64,000 nt of DNA. It comes from a virus. The stretch is from IMG/VR virus record IMGVR_UViG_3300035492_000411, positions 6-64,005 of that record. The stretch is one strand, 5' to 3'. Numbering within the stretch: position 1 is the first letter of the stretch; each line of letters opens with the position of its first letter. A model generated the notes under the pieces. It was not told where the DNA came from. It did no database searches and was given only the letters and a program-made list of their open reading frames with translations. This document shows, in pieces, positions 16,610 through 26,243 of the stretch. A program made the position numbers and the translations under genes.

Positions 16610-19145
16610 GGGCGCGCAACTGCTTTGCGCGCTCGTCGCGGGAGAGGTTCTGGTTGTTCTTGATGGCTAGCGCCTGCGGGTTCTGCTCGATAGGAGGCAA
16701 CGCGGCGCTCTGCCCGATGATCTGGCCGTTGGCGCGATTGAACACGGCATCGCCTCGGTTCGTGACCATGCCGGTGATGGGATCAACTTCGGTGCCCAGG
16801 CTGACAGTGCCGTACTGATCGGGCTTGTCCTTTCCGGTCAACACGCGCAACTGCTCGGCAATCGCCGCGCGATCCTCCGGAGCCGCCTTGTCGTACTGCT
16901 CGTATAGTTTTTCCAGGCGCTGCGCCGAGCGCGCTGCAAAGCCCTTGCTTTCCAGTTCGGCGGCGGTGCGCTGCTGATCCAGGGCGTTGCTCTGCGCGAA
17001 GCGCTGATTGGCGCCCGCTTCGGTGATGGCGACACGGCCATCCGCGCCTTCCTGCTGTATCCGCTCGCGGGCCAGGTCAGTAGCGTTGCGGTCGCTCGAC
17101 TCCTGCAGTCCGGCCAGGGTGCGCAACTGGTTCGCGGTAAGCTGGCCGCCCGGAGAGCCACGGTATGGCGTGCTGGCGGCAGCGATTGCAGCTCGACCGG
17201 CTTCGCCGTCACGCGAACTGTCACGCACTACGGTCACGCCGCCCTGGCGGAAGCCTCGCGCGCCTGCCTCGCGGGCGCTCTGCATGATTTCCGCAGCACG
17301 CAGGTTGCGCTCCATGCCTTCCTGGCCGCCACTGGCCACGCTGAACGTGCCGCCGCGATTGGGCATATCCAGTTGCCCACTGGCGCCAGCGACGGCAGCG
17401 CCCTCATTGGTGAAGCTGTACTGGCCGTTCTCGTCCTTCTTACCAACGATGCCGTTGATGCCGGTCTGCTGGTAGCCGTTTCCCTGCGGCGCAGCAGGCG
17501 CAGCAGGCGCCGGCGCGCTTGGGGCGGCCTGCTGAGATTGGGCCTGGCCAGGCGCTGCGCTCGCCGCCTGCTGGCTTGGCGCGGAAACGGCCGCGCCTGG
17601 CGCCTGCTCACCCTGGTTGTCGCGGTACAGGTTGCCTGCCAGGCCCATCGTCAGGCTGTTGCCCAGGTCACTGGCGAAGCCCAGGCCGCGCAGCGCGGCG
17701 AACTTTAAAATGTCGCCCGCCGAACCATCGCCGGTCGGCTCATCCATGCCGAAGCGCTGGGCGTAGCGCGCTGTAGAATCGTCGGCAGCAGACTCGGCCA
17801 GCGCCGGAACAATGGCCAGGGCGCCAACGCCCTTGCCGGCCGCGCCGTTGACCGCCGCCCTGCCGCGACCAGGCGCCTTCTCCGGCGCGGCCGGCTGATT
17901 CTTGGCGGCCTCAAAGCGCGCATCTTGGGCGGCGCGGTCAGCCTCGAAGGCGGCCGTATCACGCGCGGCGCGGGCCTTGACCTCGGCGCGAGCGCGATAG
18001 TCCGGCTCAGGGCGAGCGGACGCCTTCGGTGCTTCTGTATCTGGCGAGCCGGCGGTCGGCTGATTGACCGGCACCAGCGAAGTTCCGGTAACGGGGCCGG
18101 CGGGCACTACGGCGCGCGAGGAAGACGGCGAGAAGCCGCGCCCTGTTTCGCCACGGGAATTGGTGTGGAAGTCAGCCTGCGAGGCGCCGCCCGGCGCAGC
18201 GCCGGCCGGGCTTGGCTGGCGAGTCGTGGCTACTTCGGTGCCCGTGACCGGGCCGGCCGGCACCAAAGCGCGAGACTGCGACGGCAGCACACGGGTAGCG
18301 GTGCCCTGTCCATCGACATAGATAGGGGCCGGGCGCGGGGTGACTTTGCGCTGCGGAGTGTTGTTGCGGCCAAGTTCGTCTGGATCAATCCTGCTGTAGA
18401 CGGGGCCGCCGTCGGCATACGACTGCTCGCTTGGCGTGTACTGATCGGCGGCGGCTCCAAAGGCGGCACTGCCGGCGGTGGCGGCGGCAGTCTTTCCGGC
18501 AGAGGGTACGAAGCCGGCCGCCGTTTTAAGGGTGGGCGCTACTGCGCGCACTGCGCCGAACACGGGGATCGCTTGCGCAGCAGCCAGCCCCATTCCCGCG
18601 ACATCCCCCTGGCCTGCGGCGTCGTGCATCGCACCAATGGCCGAGCCGAGACTGGTTACGGGATTGATCGCTCGGCCGACACGCTGCATGGTAGACGGGC
18701 TTCCGGCCTCAAACTGAGCGTTGTCACTCGACCAATACCCGCCTACGCTGTCGCTGAACTCCTGCACTGCGCCGCCATCAGCAAAGAACAGTTCCGGCTT
18801 GCCCTGCTCATTGCCGCGAGGCTGGAAGCCCTTGACTCCCTGCTGCTGCGCTGCCGGCACATGCGTAGCGTTCTTCATGGCATCCAGGGTCTGCACGCCC
18901 ACTGCATGCACCTGCTCCGGCGACATGAGCTGTTCGCCGTTGCTCAGGTTCACATCGACCGGGGCGCCCATGCCCTGCAGTTGTTCGGCGCCGATCTGCG
19001 CGGTGGAGTCGGCCGGCATCACATAGCTGCCCTCGGCCACCGTGGCTTTCACGTCGTCGGAAGTGCCGGTGCCCGGCCCTTGGATAGTCCCGCTCTTGAT
19101 TGAGCGGGGAGCCTTGGGCTTGGAGCCCGCCTTGAATCCGCGCAT
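16596..19145 (-). CDS. Internal virion/ejection protein (849 aa)
   Basis: Ala/Gly/Gln/Pro-rich low complexity, FADGG and YADGG motifs, overlaps the giant gene start. Confidence 0.7.
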   Translation of the reverse strand: MRGFKAGSKPKAPRSIKSGTIQGPGTGTSDDVKATVAEGSYVMPADSTAQIGAEQLQGMGAPVDVNLSNGEQLMSPEQVHAVGVQTLDAMKNATHVPAAQQQGVKGFQPRGNEQGKPELFFADGGAVQEFSDSVGGYWSSDNAQFEAGSPSTMQRVGRAINPVTSLGSAIGAMHDAAGQGDVAGMGLAAAQAIPVFGAVRAVAPTLKTAAGFVPSAGKTAAATAGSAAFGAAADQYTPSEQSYADGGPVYSRIDPDELGRNNTPQRKVTPRPAPIYVDGQGTATRVLPSQSRALVPAGPVTGTEVATTRQPSPAGAAPGGASQADFHTNSRGETGRGFSPSSSRAVVPAGPVTGTSLVPVNQPTAGSPDTEAPKASARPEPDYRARAEVKARAARDTAAFEADRAAQDARFEAAKNQPAAPEKAPGRGRAAVNGAAGKGVGALAIVPALAESAADDSTARYAQRFGMDEPTGDGSAGDILKFAALRGLGFASDLGNSLTMGLAGNLYRDNQGEQAPGAAVSAPSQQAASAAPGQAQSQQAAPSAPAPAAPAAPQGNGYQQTGINGIVGKKDENGQYSFTNEGAAVAGASGQLDMPNRGGTFSVASGGQEGMERNLRAAEIMQSAREAGARGFRQGGVTVVRDSSRDGEAGRAAIAAASTPYRGSPGGQLTANQLRTLAGLQESSDRNATDLARERIQQEGADGRVAITEAGANQRFAQSNALDQQRTAAELESKGFAARSAQRLEKLYEQYDKAAPEDRAAIAEQLRVLTGKDKPDQYGTVSLGTEVDPITGMVTNRGDAVFNRANGQIIGQSAALPPIEQNPQALAIKNNQNLSRDERAKQLRALGYQ

Positions 19146-19184
19146 TGGGGTGCCCCTGAATGAGAAACGGCCTGATGCGGACGC

Positions 19185-19225
19185 ATGTTCCGAATCAGGC
19201 CGATCAGGGGCCAGCCCTACAGGGG
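19185..19225 (-). promoter_or_regulatory. Late promoter copy 2 (ejection genes)
   Basis: CCCCTGTAGGGCT-N22-GAACAT. Confidence 0.7.
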
Positions 19226-19318
19226 TGGCGGGTCAGCGGTGACAGCTCGCACCTTTACCAGGCGATAAGAACTGGCACTATGCTGCTCTAGGGAACGACC
19301 ACTACAAAGGAACCAGGT

Positions 19319-19921
19319 ATGAAGCCTCTCATCCTTGCCGCGCTGGCGGTGCTGCTGCCCTGCTCTGCCAGCGCCCAGGTGTTCAAGTGCGTAGACGCCA
19401 ACGGCAAGACGACCTATTCCGACAACGGCTGCGCCGCTGGTCACACGACCTCGACGCTGGCGATCACCCCAACCAAGGTCAGCGCCAGCGAAGTCGTCCC
19501 GTATCAAATCCCGCCTGCCTACTACGCGCCGCCCGTGCCTCGCCAACCGCAAGGCGGCCCGCGCGTCACGGTCGTAGGCGCAAACAACGACGCCGAGCGC
19601 CAGCGCAAGAAGCTCTGCAAGCAAGTGTCCACGCCATACAAAGGCGCACCCGGCCTTACCTCCAGCCAGCTCGCGGCCGCTGCCAAAATCTGCGCCGGCA
19701 TAGACATCTCCCTGCCTGACCGCGCAGAAAATCCACCACGCTCAGCGCCGGGCGGCAGCGCCTCTGCTCCCACTGCCCCGGCACAAATCACCAACTGCGA
19801 CAGCGCTGGGTGCTGGGACACCAACGGCGCTCGCTACAACCGTGGAGCCGGCACCGCCCACTTCCCCGCAGCGGGCGGCCCGGCCTGCCAACTGATCAAC
19901 GGGCAAATGATCTGCCCCTAG
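19319..19921 (+). CDS. Secreted DUF4124-domain protein, counter-oriented moron
   Basis: Signal peptide ending ASA, then QVFKCVDANGKTTYSDNGC; Cys-rich C-terminus; AAGGA SD. Confidence 0.8.
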   Translation: MKPLILAALAVLLPCSASAQVFKCVDANGKTTYSDNGCAAGHTTSTLAITPTKVSASEVVPYQIPPAYYAPPVPRQPQGGPRVTVVGANNDAERQRKKLCKQVSTPYKGAPGLTSSQLAAAAKICAGIDISLPDRAENPPRSAPGGSASAPTAPAQITNCDSAGCWDTNGARYNRGAGTAHFPAAGGPACQLINGQMICP

Positions 19922-19923
19922 CC

Positions 19924-21819
19924 TCAATAGCTGTAGTTGTAGCTGGTAGACGTACTGGTGCTGTTGCTGTCCGAGCTGCTGGCACTGCCGGAGCCGCTGA
20001 TACTGGCCGACACATGCGCGGCCGACATGGCGCCAGCGGCGAGCTGGGCGGTGTACTGACCGACCGCCTTTGCCGACTCCAGGGCGATCTGCGCTTGCTG
20101 AATCGCGCTCTGCATCTTTGCGGTGTACTCGCTCATCTGCATTTCCGAGTAGGCGATATTGGTACGAGCGGTCATATCCGCGAAGCGAGACTGCATCTCA
20201 GCATCCGCCACGGCCACGCTCGACTTCGCCCGCCAGGCTTCCACCTGGGCGCCAAATGCCGTGGTGACGAATTGCACCTGGCTAAGACTGGCTTCCAGGG
20301 TGGCTTTGAAGGCATCCACATCGGCGAGGAACTTGGTCACTTTGGTGCGCGCTGCCTCCATCTTGATCTGCGCGCCCTTGACCTTGATGTCCGCCTTGTT
20401 CGCCAGACCCTGGATGGTCGAAGCGTAAGCGCGGGCCTGGGAATCGAGCACGTCGGCCTTGGCCGACTCGCCCTGCACCTGGGCCTGGTAGGCGTCGAAC
20501 TTCACTTTCTCGGCGCCGATCTGCTCAGCGTATGCCTGCACGTCTGCCCGGTAGGCGTCGAACTGGTTTTTGATCGTCTCGGCGCGCACCGACGCGCCCT
20601 GCATCAGCGCCTTGTACACCTCGACGTTCGACTGCACTGCGTCGAGCTTGGCCTTGAACACGTCAACACGCTGCTGGTTGATCTGCCCCAGCGCTACCTG
20701 CCCATCAATCGCGGTCTTGTAGGCCGTGAGCTTGGCAATCGCTCCGTCCAGCTTGGTACGGTACACCTGGGCCAGCGTCTCAAACGCCGCGTTCTGCGCA
20801 TTGAACAGGCTGACGCGGGCGTTGAAGACGTTGATCTGGCTTTCGGCCGAGAAACGCGCAACCTCGAACAGGCGCTGGGCCATGTTCTGGTGCATGTTCT
20901 CGGTCAACTGCTCCAGGGCCATGCCCTGCTGCACAGCAAAGCGGATGTTCTCGATTTCCCAGGTCGCGGCCTGGACGAGAATGTCGCGGTTTAGCTCGGC
21001 CGCTTTCAGTCGGCCCTGCTCGCGGATCACGCCAACCTGCTTGCTCAGCATGCCGGGCGGCATCGAGAAGTTGCGCGACGCCCAGGTATCGACCGCCTCC
21101 TGTACCGCGCGCTCCGTCTCGCCGCTGTCACGCTCGCGGGCACGGGCAAAAAGCGCGTCCTCGATGGGCGCCGGCAAGCCAGTTCCGCCCGCCATCATCG
21201 ACTTTACTTTGGCCTGCAGGTCGTCCAGCACCTCGGATGCGTACTGCGGCTCAGTCCAGTTGATGAATACACTGGGCACGGTGATGCCGCTGGCGTCAGG
21301 CGGGGTCGCGTCGAAGGTCGGCAGGTCGGGGAATACAAACTCCGGCAGACGAATCTGCTCCAGCGCCTCCATTTGCGGCATGGTGATCTGTGGCGCAGCA
21401 GGGATGTCGATGCTGGTATCAATGTTCGGGCGCGCAGGCGCGGCAATGTCACGCATGCCCGGCGCGGAAGGAATGTTGATCGGGATGAGTGCTGGCGCAT
21501 CCGGCAGCGCATCCATGTCGCCCACGTCCAGGCCGCTGAGCAAGTCGTCAATGCTCAGAGCTGATGGCGCAGACGGCAGCACCAGCGCTGGAGGGCTGTA
21601 GGCGGGCATATCGCCAACCGTCACGCTCGGCGGGCTGGCCTCGGGCGGCACGATTCGCGCCGGCGCCGGCACGTCTGCAACCTTGATGTTGCCAATGGAC
21701 GCCAGGGCGGCGCTGAGCTGCGCGCTATAGCTGCGGCCCAGCGCATCAAGGTCGTTGATCTTGTCGGTGACGGTATCGACCGCCACGCCCAAAATACTGT
21801 CAGGCGCAATTCCCATCAC
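19924..21819 (-). CDS. Virion/ejection protein with long coiled coil
   Basis: 631 aa, Pro-rich N-half, helical Ala/Gln C-half, Ser/Thr tail; coupled to neighbouring genes. Confidence 0.65.
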   Translation of the reverse strand: MMGIAPDSILGVAVDTVTDKINDLDALGRSYSAQLSAALASIGNIKVADVPAPARIVPPEASPPSVTVGDMPAYSPPALVLPSAPSALSIDDLLSGLDVGDMDALPDAPALIPINIPSAPGMRDIAAPARPNIDTSIDIPAAPQITMPQMEALEQIRLPEFVFPDLPTFDATPPDASGITVPSVFINWTEPQYASEVLDDLQAKVKSMMAGGTGLPAPIEDALFARARERDSGETERAVQEAVDTWASRNFSMPPGMLSKQVGVIREQGRLKAAELNRDILVQAATWEIENIRFAVQQGMALEQLTENMHQNMAQRLFEVARFSAESQINVFNARVSLFNAQNAAFETLAQVYRTKLDGAIAKLTAYKTAIDGQVALGQINQQRVDVFKAKLDAVQSNVEVYKALMQGASVRAETIKNQFDAYRADVQAYAEQIGAEKVKFDAYQAQVQGESAKADVLDSQARAYASTIQGLANKADIKVKGAQIKMEAARTKVTKFLADVDAFKATLEASLSQVQFVTTAFGAQVEAWRAKSSVAVADAEMQSRFADMTARTNIAYSEMQMSEYTAKMQSAIQQAQIALESAKAVGQYTAQLAAGAMSAAHVSASISGSGSASSSDSNSTSTSTSYNYSY

Positions 21820-22970
21820 ACTCTCCTTTTGGTCGGCGCCGCATCGACGCGCAGGTCATTGATCACGCCGCTGCGCGCCTGCATCTGCAGCTCGAAAGCG
21901 AAGTGCCGGCCGCGCAGCCCTTTACCGAGGACGAAACGGCCATTGGTGAGTTCGGCGGCTGGCTCAACCGCCAGCGGGTAGGCGTAGGTCTGCGCCGCAC
22001 CGCTTTGCGTAGTGGTCACGGCCAAGCTGGCGGCGCCATCCAGGGCGTACTCGATGAACGCCTGGTGCGGGTGAACCAGCATGCCCTGGCCCACATCGAG
22101 CTTGCCGGTCTTGATGCGCACCTCCAGCGCCTCGTCGTGAGCATCCATGACGTACACGCCGTCACTGGCGACGCCGTAGAGCTTGCCGTCGATCACCGCC
22201 AGGCCGTCGAAGGCGTGTGGTGCGTAGCGACTCATGGCCCAGCTGTCGGCGCCTGCCGTCCACGCCTGGCCAATAATCACATCGCTGACGGGCTGATCCT
22301 CAATCATTGCGCCATCCGCCAGCAGATCGCGGGCCAGCAGCTGATCCAGCGCAGTCGCTGCCAGGCGCGCAGACTCGGCGATTACAGGCGCAACCGCCTG
22401 GTGCGCGCCGGGCACTTCGTCGCTCAGCGTGGCAGCACTCACCGCCAGCGAGCGCTGCCGCGCCCTGCCGCTCGCCAGGTCGCCAGCCTCGGCCGACTCC
22501 TGCACCAGCTCGACCGCAAACCGCGCCGAGAAATCCAGCGCCTTCGCCTGCTCCGCCAGCAGCACGGCGACGCGGCGCTGCGGCAGCGCCTGGTCGGCGA
22601 CTGTTGCATGCTCGATGATCACTGCTCGCGCACGGTCGATCACCAGGCTCTGCGCCGTAGCGCTTTCCGCGTGCAGCACGCGAAGCACGCCGCGATGCCA
22701 GTCCACAACGCGCGCCGACTCCTTGAAGACATGCGCTGCGCGCTTCACATCCAGCACTTGGTCACTGGCGGCCGCCTGATCCGTCGCCATGACGTTGGCG
22801 CGGTCAATCACCGCATCGCTCGCAGCAATACTCTCGCTGTGCAGCACCAGCAGGCCAAACATCAGCGCGCTGGCGGCCTTGGCGGCCTCGCCGACCAAGG
22901 CGATCAGGCCGCCCCAGGCGGAATTGCTGGCGACCGCCGTTTCCTGCGTGTCGTCTCGGTAGTTAGCCAT
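21816..22970 (-). CDS. Putative tail/virion protein
   Basis: 384 aa in the coupled late operon. Confidence 0.65.
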   Translation of the reverse strand: MANYRDDTQETAVASNSAWGGLIALVGEAAKAASALMFGLLVLHSESIAASDAVIDRANVMATDQAAASDQVLDVKRAAHVFKESARVVDWHRGVLRVLHAESATAQSLVIDRARAVIIEHATVADQALPQRRVAVLLAEQAKALDFSARFAVELVQESAEAGDLASGRARQRSLAVSAATLSDEVPGAHQAVAPVIAESARLAATALDQLLARDLLADGAMIEDQPVSDVIIGQAWTAGADSWAMSRYAPHAFDGLAVIDGKLYGVASDGVYVMDAHDEALEVRIKTGKLDVGQGMLVHPHQAFIEYALDGAASLAVTTTQSGAAQTYAYPLAVEPAAELTNGRFVLGKGLRGRHFAFELQMQARSGVINDLRVDAAPTKRRV

Positions 22971-25566
22971 TGATCACCCCTATGTAATGCTGCGCGACCC
23001 GATGATTGGCCATCACCGAAAAGCCGTAGCGCGTGCGCTCGGCAGAGTTACCGCCGCCGGTGTCCGACAGGCTGGCGTAACGCGCCACCCCGGCCGCGAT
23101 CCTGACCGCATCTTGATAGAAAACATTGCCAAAACTGTCCGGGGATATTGAGTAGTGGAAGTCGCTTACTTCTTTGTCCGACAGCTTTTTGTACTGGTCA
23201 AGAATGCTGGTGTAATTGCCAAATTCCTCTGACTCATCGCCTGGAAGTCTTTTGGAGTATTCATGGAAAGAAGGCCGCCTGGCGGTGTATCGCAGCGCAC
23301 CACCCCAAATCTCGCCGTATTCCTCATGCCAGTCCGGGCCAGAGTTGAAGTAGGCCGTTTTATCAACTGGCGGCGTATCAAGCCACTCACCGTTATCCGC
23401 CCAGTCTGAGCAGTAGTTGGGCTCGTAATAATGCTTCATCACCATGAACGGGTTTGGCGGAGATGTGTCGTAGGGCATGTATGACCAGTCAAACCAGTCT
23501 TCTTGGGTGCCCCAAAAATCTCGGGTGTACCAGTCATAGCTCCATGCGTGGTATTTGTTCGGATCGGTCACAAATAGACGCTCGGCCACCTCGGTTTTTT
23601 CGTCCGTCTTGGACGTTTCGTAGTAGCCGCAGACCAATGCGCTGCGCTCCATGAATGGCGCGTAGCAATACATGCTGCGACTGGCCTGCCGGTGACGAAC
23701 AACATTGGTTGTCCGCCCGTAATAACGACGACGCTCGAAGCGGAATACATAAGACCACACAGACAACAGCATGTAGAGGCTGCCATTGGTGTAGCCTAGA
23801 TCGACGCCTTTTACGTTTGTCCTGGTGAACGATTCCGACACTTCTTTGCGCTCGTCGAAGTCAGTTGTGTATAAGCGGCCCTGCAGCTTCGGCGGCGATT
23901 GATATTGTGTCTTCTCCCACTTCCCGACGATCATGCAATCCTCAAAGTCCGACTCTTCGGTAACTTCAAGCTCTCGGTCGTCATAAAAGTATTTGACGAC
24001 TTTCAGATCATCACCCAGGTAGTACCCGTAAATAATCGTGTCGCACCTGGGGTATTTCTCGGGCGGGTCGATGTCATACAGCCCTTCGGTGGTGTGCGAG
24101 ATAAGCCCGCCTAGCACCGGCTCTGGAATTTTGAAGCTCGGCAGAACAGTTGGATAAATCCATCCCTGGCCGACCTTTGCGCAGTTGCCGATATGCGCGG
24201 CAATCGGCTCAATCTCCAGGGCGTCCCAGTAATCCACGTCGGCGGCGCCATCATGCCCAAGGCGGGCAATGATCTTCGCCGGCTCGACGCGGCGCAGCTT
24301 GTACTTGATGGCACGCTCGCGGTCACGGTTCTTGGAAAGCCGGCTGAGCAGTCCGCCCATGTAGGCATTGATCCGCGCCTGATCGGCCATGCCCTCGAAG
24401 GTACGGCCCGCCACCCAGCCGCGATTCTCGGCCCTACCGAAGCGCAGGCGCAGCTTGAAAGCCGCACAGAAGGGAATCGCATACTCGCCGCCGAAGCCGG
24501 TCGCGGTATTGAAGCCCTCCGTGCCGCTGCTATTGAACGCCCAGCCGCAGGCCAAGCTAAGCGCATCCAGCGCGTAGAAGTCCTTGGTTTCGCAGACCTT
24601 GATGATGGCGCCGGCCCGGCGCCACGCCTCCATGCCGTCCTCGGTCGCAGGGAAGCCCTCTCCAGACGGAAGGCCGCCGAAACGATCAAGCGCCCACAGA
24701 ATTTCGTGGTCGGCGACCTCCTCCATGTACTCGCGGAATGCCTGGGTCGCGGTCGCCGGAATGATCGGCAGCGGCATGGCGTACACCCCAGCACGGCTTA
24801 CTTGGGTCAGCCACGGCGCGCCAGCGGCGTCGAAAGTGACGCCATGCGTCTTGGCCGCCTGCATGTCATAGACGAACTGGCCGTCTTCGGGCGGTATGCC
24901 GAGATAGCCGGGCAGTCGCCGGTTCTCGATTTCCTGGGCGATCCGCCTATGGTAGCGCGCCGGGATCAGCAGACGCGCGCGCTCGACACCTTCATCGGGA
25001 AGATCGTCGAAGTCCTGTCGCCCATAACCGCCGACGATCTGCACCACCTGCGCCATCGCCCCCGTCCACCATGTCGGGCGCAGCCTGGCGTACTGCGTCA
25101 TGAACGGCTCCAGCTCGCCACCGAACAGCTTGAGGTGGTTGGGGATGCGGCAGTTGAAGCGCGCCAGGCTCAGCCGTGCGGCGGCTTCCTCGCCCTTAAC
25201 ATATTGGCCAAGCCGGCGCTGCGTGGTGTTCGTGACGGCTACGTCGATAGGCTTCCCAGGCACGCCCATGCCGTTGTCAATGGCGCCACAGAACAGCATC
25301 GGCACATAGTCTTCGGCAATGCCCTCATGCTCGGGCTCGTCTCGCTCCACCTTCGGGTAGATCAGCAGGCGCACCACGCCGCCGGCGTCCTGGGCAATTG
25401 CCGTGGCGCCGCTCGGCAGAGTGCGAGCCATCTTGAGCGCGTCCAGGCGAGACACGCCCTTGAGATTGGTCAGGCGACGCAGCAGCAGCTCAGCGGCAGC
25501 CGCATCATCCTGATCCAGCTCGCCCTCGCCGTAGTAGAACCGGCCGTGAGGGCGGGGCTGGTGCAT
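22963..25566 (-). CDS. Putative tail/virion protein (867 aa)
   Basis: Coupled late operon; aromatic-rich C-terminal half. Confidence 0.7.
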   Translation of the reverse strand: MHQPRPHGRFYYGEGELDQDDAAAAELLLRRLTNLKGVSRLDALKMARTLPSGATAIAQDAGGVVRLLIYPKVERDEPEHEGIAEDYVPMLFCGAIDNGMGVPGKPIDVAVTNTTQRRLGQYVKGEEAAARLSLARFNCRIPNHLKLFGGELEPFMTQYARLRPTWWTGAMAQVVQIVGGYGRQDFDDLPDEGVERARLLIPARYHRRIAQEIENRRLPGYLGIPPEDGQFVYDMQAAKTHGVTFDAAGAPWLTQVSRAGVYAMPLPIIPATATQAFREYMEEVADHEILWALDRFGGLPSGEGFPATEDGMEAWRRAGAIIKVCETKDFYALDALSLACGWAFNSSGTEGFNTATGFGGEYAIPFCAAFKLRLRFGRAENRGWVAGRTFEGMADQARINAYMGGLLSRLSKNRDRERAIKYKLRRVEPAKIIARLGHDGAADVDYWDALEIEPIAAHIGNCAKVGQGWIYPTVLPSFKIPEPVLGGLISHTTEGLYDIDPPEKYPRCDTIIYGYYLGDDLKVVKYFYDDRELEVTEESDFEDCMIVGKWEKTQYQSPPKLQGRLYTTDFDERKEVSESFTRTNVKGVDLGYTNGSLYMLLSVWSYVFRFERRRYYGRTTNVVRHRQASRSMYCYAPFMERSALVCGYYETSKTDEKTEVAERLFVTDPNKYHAWSYDWYTRDFWGTQEDWFDWSYMPYDTSPPNPFMVMKHYYEPNYCSDWADNGEWLDTPPVDKTAYFNSGPDWHEEYGEIWGGALRYTARRPSFHEYSKRLPGDESEEFGNYTSILDQYKKLSDKEVSDFHYSISPDSFGNVFYQDAVRIAAGVARYASLSDTGGGNSAERTRYGFSVMANHRVAQHYIGVING

Positions 25567-25569
25567 GGC

Positions 25570-26175
25570 TTAGACCGTCAGGCTGATGCGATAGCCGATT
25601 TCGTAGGTGTCGCCATTCTGGAACACCCGCTCAGCGGCGTATTTGGTCGCGGAAATCAGCTTGCCAGTGGTGCCGCCGCGCGTGCTGTCGGTCAGCAGCG
25701 CCGCGCCGGTCACGTTGAGCGTGCCGCTGGTGGCGATAGTGACGCTGGCTACAGCGGCCATGTTGTCGATGCTGTTGGTGGAAGTGCTGTTCGGCGGCGT
25801 CCAGGCCGGGCGGGTCGGGCTGGTGTAGCCCTCGGTCAGGCTGACGATTTCCGAGGCCACAGCGGCAAAGCTGGCGGCCGTCCAGTTGGCGGCCGGTGCC
25901 GCCGAACCGGAGAACAGTGCCAGGTAGTAGCCTGCAGGCTTGGCTGTGCCGCCGAGCGCCACACTGAGGATGTGCGACAAACCCTCCAGCACGATGAGGT
26001 TGTCACCCTCTTTGGCCCAGGCGCCGCCGTTGACGCGGCCGAAGTATTCGCCACGGGCAAGGACTTGCTCACCGAGGATTTTTGCGGTCAGCCACAGCAA
26101 GACAGCATGACAGACCCTTCGGGCCACCGGCAGGCAGCAGGTGAGAGCGATCAGAACAAGAATGAAGTAGGACAT
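25570..26175 (-). CDS. Putative tail protein
   Basis: Start MSYFIL.. with AAGGGG SD; core GEYFGRVNGG..NLIVLEGLSHILSVALG..YYLALFSG is typical of small beta-rich tail proteins. Confidence 0.7.
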   Translation of the reverse strand: MSYFILVLIALTCCLPVARRVCHAVLLWLTAKILGEQVLARGEYFGRVNGGAWAKEGDNLIVLEGLSHILSVALGGTAKPAGYYLALFSGSAAPAANWTAASFAAVASEIVSLTEGYTSPTRPAWTPPNSTSTNSIDNMAAVASVTIATSGTLNVTGAALLTDSTRGGTTGKLISATKYAAERVFQNGDTYEIGYRISLTV

Positions 26176-26243
26176 GATTACCCCTTGGTAAGTCATGCCG
26201 CACTCTTGCGCAGCGGATAGTTGGCCCGGAAATTCGGGATGAC

